Under the pieces are notes generated by a model, which ran no database searches, had not been told where the DNA came from, and saw only the letters and a list, made by a program, of their open reading frames with translations. DNA of 64,000 bases from Acidobacteriota bacterium. Lineage in GTDB: Bacteria; Acidobacteriota; UBA6911; RPQK01; JAJDTT01. Positions 39,856 to 48,241 of the stretch are shown one piece after another. Location: contig CBDCJH010000002.1 in NCBI GenBank assembly GCA_965217775.1, forward strand, positions 2,240,001 to 2,304,000, in the 5' to 3' direction. Within the stretch, counting starts at the first letter, position 1. Each line of letters opens with the position of its first letter. A program made the translations under genes and the position numbers.

Positions 39856-41295
39856 TCAGATAGTCAGGACCCGGAGCAGATCGGTTCCACCGGAAAGGCC
39901 GATGGGGACGCCGGCCACCAGCACCACCAGCGCCCCTTTCTTGAGACCGGCGCGGCGCACGGCTTCCTCCCGGGCCCGGTCGAAGAAGTCGTCGGTCTGC
40001 TCCAGGCTTCCGGTGGTCACCGGCTGGACCCCCCAGGTAACGGTCAAGGATCGGCGCGTCCGCTCGTTGTGGACCAGAGCCAGGACCGGCGTCTGGGGCC
40101 GGTACTTGGAGACCCGTTTCGCGGTGCCCCCCGATTCGGTGAATGCCACGATCAGGGAGGCGCCCAGTTGATGGGCCGTCTGGCAGGCATTGTAGGAGAT
40201 GGCGTCGTCGGTCAGGGGCTCCAGATGGTCTCGCTTGTCCACCAGCATGGCATCGTAGGGAAGGGCTTTTTCGGCCTCCATCGACACCTCCGCCATGAAC
40301 CGGACCGCTTCCAGGGGATACCGCCCAATGGAAGTCTCGCCTGAGAGCATGACGGCGTCCGTGCCGTCGAACACGGCGTTGGCCACGTCGGCCACCTCGG
40401 CCCGCGTCGGAACCGGCAGGGAAATCATGGACTCGAGCATCTGCGTGGCCGTGATCACCGGTTTTCCCAGCTCGTTGCAGAGGCCGATGAGCTCCTTCTG
40501 GACGATGGGAACCCGGGCCAGCCGGATCTCCGTTCCCAGGTCTCCCCGGGCCACGATGATGCCGTCGCTCACGTCGATGATGGACGCCTGATTGGTGACG
40601 GCCCGGGCACGTTCGACCTTCGAATAAATTCCTCCGGCGAACCCCATTGCCCACAGGATCTCGCGGGCTTTCAACACGTCATCGGATGTGGTCACTGTGG
40701 AGAGTGCGACGAAGTCCGCCTTCTGCCGAGCGGCAAATCCCATTGCGGCCGTTGCTTTTTGGTCGGGAAAAGGCTGGGAGGGTTCGACGCCCGGAGTCGT
40801 GACTCCCCGACCCGGAGTGATTCGACCCGCGGTGAGAGCCTCGCAGAGAACGTCCACGCCCTGAACCTCCCGGACCTCCAGGGTAATCATTCCGTCGTTC
40901 AGAAGGACCCGGTTTCCAGCCCGGGCGTCCCGGTGGATTCCCGCAGGTTTCACCGGCACCACGAGATCTTCCTCGCCCGTCCCGCTCTGCCGGCTGGTGA
41001 GCGTGACCCGTCGACCCACTTCGAAGGAGAGTGATCCCGACGGAATATCACCCGTCCGGTACTTGGGGCCGGGCACGTCCACCATGATCCCCACGGGTTG
41101 TTTCAGTTCCTCGGCGATGGCGCGAACGTGGCCGAACGCCGTCACGTGGTCCTCCAGGGTCCCGTGGGCCATGTTGAGGCGGGCGACGTTCATGCCGGCC
41201 TCGACCATTTGCCGAATGCTGGAACGGGATTGCACCGACGGGCCCAGAGTGCAGACGATCTTGGTTCGGGGCCGGCTCCTGCTGGAGAACATCAT
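39856..41295 (-). CDS. pyk: Pyruvate kinase
   Basis: RTKIVCTLGP; ARLNMAHG; IVARGDLG; ATQMLESM; PTRAEVADVANAVFDGTDAVMLSGET. Confidence 0.96.
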   Translation of the reverse strand: MMFSSRSRPRTKIVCTLGPSVQSRSSIRQMVEAGMNVARLNMAHGTLEDHVTAFGHVRAIAEELKQPVGIMVDVPGPKYRTGDIPSGSLSFEVGRRVTLTSRQSGTGEEDLVVPVKPAGIHRDARAGNRVLLNDGMITLEVREVQGVDVLCEALTAGRITPGRGVTTPGVEPSQPFPDQKATAAMGFAARQKADFVALSTVTTSDDVLKAREILWAMGFAGGIYSKVERARAVTNQASIIDVSDGIIVARGDLGTEIRLARVPIVQKELIGLCNELGKPVITATQMLESMISLPVPTRAEVADVANAVFDGTDAVMLSGETSIGRYPLEAVRFMAEVSMEAEKALPYDAMLVDKRDHLEPLTDDAISYNACQTAHQLGASLIVAFTESGGTAKRVSKYRPQTPVLALVHNERTRRSLTVTWGVQPVTTGSLEQTDDFFDRAREEAVRRAGLKKGALVVLVAGVPIGLSGGTDLLRVLTI

Positions 41296-41422
41296 TGGGG
41301 GTTGGACCGTGTTTGGGAGCCCTGTGGAGTCCAGCTTACTACGGGAGGCTGAAACAAGACCAGATCGAATCCCTCCCAGGACCGTGGACCCCGTCGAATT
41401 ATTCGACTATTCTCACAATTCA

Positions 41423-42742
41423 TTGAAAATTCACGGTCCGACCCTGCTATTCGTCCTCCTGCTGGCGGCCATCGCCTCCTGCGAGCAGCGCCGGGAATTC
41501 CCTGCGAAACCAGAGCAACCCAATATCCTTCTGATCCTGGCCGACGACGTGGGACGCGAGGTGCTGGGCAGCTACGGCGGCACCTCCTACCCCACTCCCA
41601 ACCTGGACCAGTTGGCCCGAACCGGGCTGCGCTTCGAGCACGCCTACAGCATGGCCGTCTGCCACCCCTCCCGGATCTGTCTGATGACCGGGCGTTACCC
41701 GTTCCGGCTGGGACATCCGGTCTGGGGAACCTTTCCGGAAGGGTGGGAGGAGAGAACTCTGCCCCAGGTCCTGAAGCGAGCCGGATACGCCACTGCCATT
41801 GCCGGCAAATGGCAGCTCACGCTCCTCCGGGAAGATCCCGAGCATCCGTTTCGCCTGGGTTTCGACCAATATTCCCTCTTTGGCTGGCACGAAGGTCCCC
41901 GTTATCACCAACCTCTCATCTGGGAGAACGGCCGGATTCGATCCGACGTCCGGGAGCAGTACGGTCCCGACGTCTACGTCCAGTTCCTCACGGAATTCAT
42001 GGAACGGCACCAGTCGGGTCCCTTCTTCGCCTTCTATTCCATGGCACTCTGTCACGACGTCACCGATGATCTGGAAGCACCGGTCCCCTTCGGTCCCCAT
42101 GGGCGTTACGACAATTATCGGGAGATGGTGGAGGCCATGGACCAGCGGGTCGGGCGCCTTGTTGGAACTCTGGACCGCCTCGGATTGCGGGAGAAGACGT
42201 TGATCTTCTTCACCACCGACAACGGGACGCCCAAGAGGTCCATCATCACGGCCCAGGGCGGAAAGCTCGTCCGGGAACCCGTATCGAGCCGGATGGGAGA
42301 GCGCACGATTCCCGGAGGCAAGGGAGACCTCACCGACGCCGGCACCCGGGTCCCCACGATCGCAAACTGGACCGGGACGCTGTTCCCGGGTCAATCGACA
42401 GAGGCTCTGATTGACTTCAGCGACTTGCTGCCGACGCTGGCGGAGCTGGGCGGCGCCGAGGTCCCCCCGGGGGAGACCCTGGACGGGACCAGCTTCGCGG
42501 CACTACTGAGAGGAGAACCGGGACCGGGACGAGATTGGGTTTTCGCGGAACATCGGGGCCGCAGTTGGGTTCGGACCCGGGATTGGAAGCTGTACCGGGA
42601 CGGCCGATTCTTCCGCATGACGGCCGACCCGGACGAGACACGGCCCGTCCCCGAGGAGGAGAAGACTCCCGTCCGTAGCCATATGCGGACCGTACTGGAC
42701 CGCCTCTTCGAGAAACGTCCGCCGGGCACCGCCGACGATTGA
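41423..42742 (+). CDS. Sulfatase (formylglycine type), lipoprotein signal
   Basis: PNILLILADD; CHPSR (CxPxR); AGKWQL; TDNG; GGKG. Start approximate (TTG). Confidence 0.9.
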   Translation: MKIHGPTLLFVLLLAAIASCEQRREFPAKPEQPNILLILADDVGREVLGSYGGTSYPTPNLDQLARTGLRFEHAYSMAVCHPSRICLMTGRYPFRLGHPVWGTFPEGWEERTLPQVLKRAGYATAIAGKWQLTLLREDPEHPFRLGFDQYSLFGWHEGPRYHQPLIWENGRIRSDVREQYGPDVYVQFLTEFMERHQSGPFFAFYSMALCHDVTDDLEAPVPFGPHGRYDNYREMVEAMDQRVGRLVGTLDRLGLREKTLIFFTTDNGTPKRSIITAQGGKLVREPVSSRMGERTIPGGKGDLTDAGTRVPTIANWTGTLFPGQSTEALIDFSDLLPTLAELGGAEVPPGETLDGTSFAALLRGEPGPGRDWVFAEHRGRSWVRTRDWKLYRDGRFFRMTADPDETRPVPEEEKTPVRSHMRTVLDRLFEKRPPGTADD

Positions 42743-42809
42743 CTTGCCGTCGATGTGGAGCGTGAGGCCTCTTTTCGGAGCTGAACGCCGAACCGAGCGG
42801 CTACTCCGA

Positions 42810-43340
42810 TCAGGGAGGAAGAATCTCCACCATCTCGGCCAGAACCCGGCCGTCCTCACCGGATATCAGATTGTGCCGCCCGTATAGGGGATCACGGCTT
42901 TCCAGTTCCAAGGCCTCCGCTACGATCTGGTCCGGTTCGACTCGGAGATAGCGCTGAGGGTCGCTCCGGTGAGGGACGTTCTCCCGCTTCAAGATGGTCC
43001 CCAGCGGGAGCAGGCCTTCCCGGATCATTTCTTGAGCCGACGCCCCGAAACCGTCGAGCCGGATACGGATCGCTCCGAACTCCACCGGCTTGGCGCTCTC
43101 CGTAGTGACCAGGACGACTTCCCGGAAGAGAATGCCGGACGGGGCGTCACGGCTCATCACCCGGAGCTGGATCGGCTCTCCGTGGAACGCCTCCAAGGTG
43201 GGGGTCATGTCCCGGTCGTGGACCAGCAGGTCCCGGTAGGGTTGGGGGATCACCGGACCCTCGACCCGCTCGATGGCAGGCAAACAGAGTCTCCGCCTGG
43301 AATATGCTTCAGCCAGAGGATCCAACTCCCGGGGCGTCAT
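42810..43340 (-). CDS. Chorismate pyruvate-lyase/UTRA-like protein
   Basis: LLVHDRDMTPTLE; REVVL; PLGTIL; YGRHN; VEILPP. Confidence 0.6.
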   Translation of the reverse strand: MTPRELDPLAEAYSRRRLCLPAIERVEGPVIPQPYRDLLVHDRDMTPTLEAFHGEPIQLRVMSRDAPSGILFREVVLVTTESAKPVEFGAIRIRLDGFGASAQEMIREGLLPLGTILKRENVPHRSDPQRYLRVEPDQIVAEALELESRDPLYGRHNLISGEDGRVLAEMVEILPP

Positions 43341-43470
43341 ACGGGGTCCAGATTCTAGCAGATGCGGCTGCCTCCACCTCGGACCAGAGGGTGCACTCCT
43401 CTTCCCTCTTCTCTCTTTTCTCTTTCCTGGTTTCCTATTTCCTTTCCGGCGAATGTTAGAATCGGGCCCT

Positions 43471-45030
43471 ATGTTGGATCTCATCGTTCAGGGCGGAATT
43501 CTCATCGACGGCACCGGCAATCCACGCTTCAGGGCGGATCTGGGCATTGGCGGGGACCGGATTCAACAGATCGGGGACCTGACCGGCAAGGACGCCGGCG
43601 ATCGGATCGATGCCCGGGGGCGGGTCGTGGCGCCGGGTTTCGTGGATGTTCACAATCATTCCGATTCGTGGCTGCTCACGAACCCCAACTTCCTGTCCAA
43701 GACGGCCCAGGGATTCACCACCGAGGTGATCATGGCCGACGGCATCTCCTACGCCCCCGTCGACCGGGAGACGGTCCACGCCTGGACCTACTACCTGCGT
43801 TCGCTCAATGGACTCCGGCTCGAGGAGTACGAGGGCTGGGAGAGTCTCGCCGAATACATGTCGCTCCTGGATGGCCGGACCGTACAGAACAGCATCCCTC
43901 ACATCCCCTACGCCAACGTCCGTTCCCTCGCCTGCGGGTTCGGACGGCAGGCGCCGGACGATGTCCAGATGGCTCAGATTCTTAGGGAGATCGAAAAGGG
44001 AATGGAGGCGGGCGCCGTGGGAATCTCCACGGGGCTGGACTACATCGCCCAATGCCACGCCTCCACCGACGAACTGGTCCGGGCCTGCCGGGTCATGGCT
44101 CCCCAGGGTCTGTACGCGACCCACATGCGCTACAAGATGGGAACCTTGGAGGCCCTCAAGGAGGCCGTGGAGATCGGCCGGAGAGCCGGGGTCCCGGTGC
44201 ATATCTCCCACCTGAAGGCCGTCAACGAACCCGCGGCTGAAGAGATTCTGAACTACGTCGACCAAGTGGCCACTCAAGAGGTGGACTTCTCCTTCGACGT
44301 CTACCCCTACCTGCCCGGGTCCACCATGCTCAATTTCCTCATGCCCTACGAGATCTGGGACCGGGGACCGCTGGCGGCTCTGGATCAGCTCCGGACCCGC
44401 AGGTTCCGGGACCGGCTGGCCTCGATCCTGGACGTCCCGCCCTTGGATCAGGCGATCATCGCCTGGACCTCCAGCAAGGGCAACCACCACCTTCAGGGCA
44501 TGTCCATGGGCGACTACATCTCCCAACGCGGACTCCCCCCGGCCGACGCGGTCGCCGACCTGCTGATCGAGGAGAACCTGTCGATCCTGCTAGTGTTTCA
44601 CCGGGGGAACGACTCCATGGTGGAGCCCTTTCTGAGCCACAGCCACTACATGATGGGCAGCGACGGGATCTACCAGGAAGGGGGCCTCATCCACCCCCGG
44701 CACTACGGATCGGGCCCACGCCTGCTGGGTCCCTGTGTCCGCGACCGGAACCTCTTCTCCCTGGAAGACGCGGTTCACAAGCTGAGCGGCTACCCGGCCC
44801 ACCGTTTCGGGCTGCGGGACCGGGGGGTCCTGAAGGAGGGGAACTTCGCGGATCTGGTGGTCTTCGACCCGGAAACGGTCCGGGATCGAGCCACCTACAA
44901 GAATCCCCACCAACTCCCCCTGGGGATCGATCACGTGGTGGTCAACGGCGTACCGATCCTGCGGCACTCCCAGCCGGTGGAAGGCCTGGAGAGCCCCTTG
45001 CCGGGCCGAGCTCTGCGATTTCACCAATAG
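43471..45030 (+). CDS. N-acyl-D-amino-acid deacylase (amidohydrolase)
   Basis: IDGTG; APGFVDVHNHSD; GISTGLDY; VHISHLK; GSDG..HPR; ADLVVFDP. Confidence 0.9.
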   Translation: MLDLIVQGGILIDGTGNPRFRADLGIGGDRIQQIGDLTGKDAGDRIDARGRVVAPGFVDVHNHSDSWLLTNPNFLSKTAQGFTTEVIMADGISYAPVDRETVHAWTYYLRSLNGLRLEEYEGWESLAEYMSLLDGRTVQNSIPHIPYANVRSLACGFGRQAPDDVQMAQILREIEKGMEAGAVGISTGLDYIAQCHASTDELVRACRVMAPQGLYATHMRYKMGTLEALKEAVEIGRRAGVPVHISHLKAVNEPAAEEILNYVDQVATQEVDFSFDVYPYLPGSTMLNFLMPYEIWDRGPLAALDQLRTRRFRDRLASILDVPPLDQAIIAWTSSKGNHHLQGMSMGDYISQRGLPPADAVADLLIEENLSILLVFHRGNDSMVEPFLSHSHYMMGSDGIYQEGGLIHPRHYGSGPRLLGPCVRDRNLFSLEDAVHKLSGYPAHRFGLRDRGVLKEGNFADLVVFDPETVRDRATYKNPHQLPLGIDHVVVNGVPILRHSQPVEGLESPLPGRALRFHQ

Positions 45031-45051
45031 GCCTCCCGACAGGAGCACGAT

Positions 45052-46440
45052 ATGAGCATCGACCCAGAGGTCCACGCGCGAGTCTCCGCTGCCGCCGAGG
45101 GGCTATACGACGAGACCGTCCAGCTCATCCGGGAGCTGGTGCGGATTCCCAGCGAGAGCCCCAATTACGCCTACGCCAAGATCTACCAGGAGCGGGGCTA
45201 CACCAAGCTGTACGACGCTCCCGTGACCTTGGGCGGCGAGAAGAAGGTGGCCGAGCACCTGCATCCGATCTTTGCCCGGCTGGGCGCGGAGACCTTCATG
45301 GAGGCCAAGGAGCCGCTTCGGCCCAACCTCATCGGGATTCTCCCCGGTAGCGGCGGTGGGCGGTCCCTGGCGGTCAACGCCCACACCGACACCGTCCCCA
45401 CCGGCCCCCACGAGGAATGGCGCTGGGGAGATCCGTTCAGCGCGCGTCTCGCAGAGGGGAAGCTCTGGGGCCGCGGCTCCACCGATGACAAGGGTCCCCT
45501 GGCCTGCATGATCAAGGCCGTGGAGGTGATCCAGCGGGCCGGTTGTCGTCTCCGGGGCGAGCTGCAGCTCCACGCCACGGTGGGCGAGGAGACCATGGAC
45601 GGGAAGACGCACGGCCCCGGATATTTCCTTCCCCGGAACCCCCGTTGCGTCACCGACGCCTGCCTGGTGTGCGAGTCGTCGGCGCCGCCTCACCGCCATG
45701 GTATCTGCCTGGCTTCCGGCGGAGCCTCATGGCTGCACATCGAGGTCACCGGCAAACCGGTCCACGCCGCCATGGGTTACCGCACCTACCGCATGGGCTA
45801 CGAAGGGGGAGACGTGGGCATGGACGCCATCGGCAAGGCCCTGAAGATCTACCGGGGCCTGGCCGAGCTGGATGAGGAATGGGCCGCCAGCAAGCTCGAC
45901 CCGCGGGGTCTCACGCCCATGGGGTATCCGTCCATCATCACCGCGTGGATCCACGGCCACCCCAAGGGAATCGAGATCCCCTTCTTCGTGGCGGATCACT
46001 GCGAGTTGGGAGCGGCCGTCTGGCGGGACCCGCAGGACAGTTACGAACGGGTCCGGGAAGAGGTCGACGACCGGATTCAGGCCATCTGCCGGATGGACCC
46101 CTGGCTCCGGAAGCATCCTCCCGACGTGCAATGGCGTCTGGACTGGCCGCCGTTTCGGATCGAGCAGGACCACCCGCTGGTCACCGCCGCCGGCCGCGCC
46201 TACGAAACGGTGCTGGGGCAGGAACCGCGCTACATGACCTGGCAACCGGTGAGCGACGCCCGCTTCTACCAGGAATGCGGGGTGCCCTCAATGCTCATGG
46301 GGCCGGGAGACTACCGCCGGGCTCACTGCTACGACGAGTATCTGGAGCTGGATCAGATCGTGGAAGGACTCACGATCTACGCACTGACCATCCTGGAGTG
46401 GTGCGGATTCGACACGCAGAGTGCCGTACCAAGCTGTTGA
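45052..46440 (+). CDS. M20 metallopeptidase (ArgE/DapE-like)
   Basis: NAHTDTVP; WGRGSTDDKG; GEE; GKPVHA; SDAR; GPG..AHCYDE. Confidence 0.9.
   Translation: MSIDPEVHARVSAAAEGLYDETVQLIRELVRIPSESPNYAYAKIYQERGYTKLYDAPVTLGGEKKVAEHLHPIFARLGAETFMEAKEPLRPNLIGILPGSGGGRSLAVNAHTDTVPTGPHEEWRWGDPFSARLAEGKLWGRGSTDDKGPLACMIKAVEVIQRAGCRLRGELQLHATVGEETMDGKTHGPGYFLPRNPRCVTDACLVCESSAPPHRHGICLASGGASWLHIEVTGKPVHAAMGYRTYRMGYEGGDVGMDAIGKALKIYRGLAELDEEWAASKLDPRGLTPMGYPSIITAWIHGHPKGIEIPFFVADHCELGAAVWRDPQDSYERVREEVDDRIQAICRMDPWLRKHPPDVQWRLDWPPFRIEQDHPLVTAAGRAYETVLGQEPRYMTWQPVSDARFYQECGVPSMLMGPGDYRRAHCYDEYLELDQIVEGLTIYALTILEWCGFDTQSAVPSC
46295..46413 (+). repeat. Direct repeat copy A (3' end of the M20 gene)
   Basis: 119 bp, 10 mismatches (manual count) to 49819-49937. 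Confidence 0.9.
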
Positions 46441-46580
46441 CAGTCCTATGCCGCATTTCTCACCAGGTCGCTACGCGTATGATGAAAAATAATCTGTTTT
46501 TGAGCATTTACGCGGAATTTGCCAAGATTTCTCCGGGACAGACTGCGCGATCGTCACGCCCCCTTCTGAGAAACAACCCT

Positions 46581-47924
46581 TTATGCCCCCTGCGGAACCA
46601 GCTTGTAGCCGAGGAGACGGGCCTGGTTTCGCACCCGGCGTTCGAAACGTTGCCGGTCCTGGTGCTCGGTCTCGGTGAGCTTGTCCTCCTTATAGTCCAC
46701 GCGATCGGTGATGAGGCGATAGATGATCCGGGCGAGTTTATGCGCGGTGGCGACGATCGCCGCCGGCGTGCCCACTCGGGCGCGCAGCCGGCGGAAGTAT
46801 TGCCCGAGAGGCGATTGGCTGCGAAACAGGGACTGGGTGGCCCAGCGCAGAGCCTGGGCGGCCCGGTTCGCGCCCGGTCCGGTGCTGGAACTGATCACCT
46901 TGCCGCCGCTGATCTTGTTCTTGGGACACAGGCCCAGCCAGGAGGCGAAGTGCGCCGAATTGGGAAAGCGGGACAGATCCGGTCCCACTTCCGTGAACAG
47001 GACCAGGGCGGTCTGCTCCCCGATGCCGGGGATGCACATCAGGTCCGTGCCCATCAGTTGCTTCAGTTGCACCCGCAACGGCACCGCCGCAGCCGAGGCG
47101 TCCGCACCCTCTGAGGCCCTCGCTTCAAGCGGTAGCGTCGAGCGTTCGAACCCCCGGATCAGGACGGCGATTTCCTGATCACATTCCCCCAAGAGCTGCT
47201 GGAAGTGGGCATAGGTCTCCCGAGCTTGGCGTAGCGTGAACAGCAGTTCGTCGCGCCAGTTCCCTTCCAACGCTGCGATCAACAGTTCCCGTTTTCGGGT
47301 CCGAATCCGCGGGTGGGCCAAGTCGGCCAACCGGGCCGGATCCCGCTCGCCAGCCAGGATGGCGTCGATGATCCGCAGCCCCGAGAGTCCCGTGATGTCG
47401 GTGATCGCATGGTGCAGATGGACATTCATCTGGTCCATCGCCTTTTGCATGTGCAGCGTCGCCTTCGCGGCGGCCTTGACCAAGGTGTCGCGGTGCCGTA
47501 GCAGGGTGCGCACCCGACAGCTCTCGTCGGCCGGTCGGAACGAGCCCCGCAACCAGCCCACCGAGTGCAGGTACCGCAGCCACTCGCAGTCGGCCACGTC
47601 GGACTTGCGTCCGGGGACCACACTCACATGACGGGCGTTGACCAGCACCACATCGAACCCGTAGTGCTCCAGGATCTGGTACACCGGGATCCAGCAGACT
47701 CCCGTCGACTCCATGGCCACGCTTTTTACGTGGCACCCCTGCAGCCACCGCGCCAGGGCGTGCAGTTGGGAAGTAAAGCTGCGAAACGATCGGATCGGCT
47801 GCGGATCGCGGTCGGGGCGGACCGCGACGTACAGTTCCCGAGCGCCGATGTCGATGCCGGCGGCCTCCGGATGCACGACGTTGGGTTGGGCGCTCCGAGT
47901 GCCGGTGCGTTTGCGTCTTGCCAT
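46581..47924 (-). CDS. IS110 DEDD transposase/recombinase
   Basis: AAGIDIG; VAMESTG; RKSDVAD; IPGIG; FASWLGLCP..ISGG; ATAHKLARI. GGAGG RBS before ATG 47924. Confidence 0.93.
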   Translation of the reverse strand: MARRKRTGTRSAQPNVVHPEAAGIDIGARELYVAVRPDRDPQPIRSFRSFTSQLHALARWLQGCHVKSVAMESTGVCWIPVYQILEHYGFDVVLVNARHVSVVPGRKSDVADCEWLRYLHSVGWLRGSFRPADESCRVRTLLRHRDTLVKAAAKATLHMQKAMDQMNVHLHHAITDITGLSGLRIIDAILAGERDPARLADLAHPRIRTRKRELLIAALEGNWRDELLFTLRQARETYAHFQQLLGECDQEIAVLIRGFERSTLPLEARASEGADASAAAVPLRVQLKQLMGTDLMCIPGIGEQTALVLFTEVGPDLSRFPNSAHFASWLGLCPKNKISGGKVISSSTGPGANRAAQALRWATQSLFRSQSPLGQYFRRLRARVGTPAAIVATAHKLARIIYRLITDRVDYKEDKLTETEHQDRQRFERRVRNQARLLGYKLVPQGA

Positions 47925-47964
47925 GATGATTCCCTCCACGTTGATTTGGGAAATGTGCCAATAT

Positions 47965-48146
47965 GGAGCGGGGCGGCCAGGGCGTGAGTTCCGGTAATCT
48001 TCTGTTTGGGATGATCCTCTCTGGCTTGCTGCCAGGGAGGATCTCACCATGGATTCCGCCACCCGCCCCGGGGCCAAGCTGATGACCGGGTTCGCCTTGA
48101 AAGGCTCAACGCCAGTGGGGGACCGGACTACTTCGCGCCCCACTCC
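47965..48146 (-). ncRNA. Putative IS110 bridge RNA
   Basis: Closing stem GGAGUGGGGCG/CGCCCCGCUCC; two stem-loop arms with internal loops containing UCAUCAG and CAGAAG, which match the junction flanks; TAGACT -10-like box at 48158-48163 (minus). Confidence 0.62.
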
Positions 48147-48241
48147 GAAACGACCCCAGTCTAGCGAAAGCGAACCCCCCTGTTTCTCTTAGGATTTCGC
48201 AGGCCGCAGGCCGGTGGGGGAGCTGATGAGAAATGCGGGCT

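Larger units (their letters stand above)
46563..48224 (-). mobile_element. IS110-family insertion sequence with inferred CT cores at both junctions
   Basis: Junctions on +: gtcacgcccc-CT-tctgagaaac and ggtgggggag-CT-gatgagaaat; no TSD; long noncoding end upstream of the transposase. Confidence 0.8.

Noticed and set aside
46526-46548. GATTTCTCCGGGACAGACTG resembling the right end of the 9140 MITE
   Set aside because: Weak similarity and no partner end found.
47980-47987. TCACGCCC in the IS noncoding end as an 8-nt guide to the left host flank
   Set aside because: It appears to pair in a stem with GGGGCGGGU, so the match may be coincidental; not counted as evidence.
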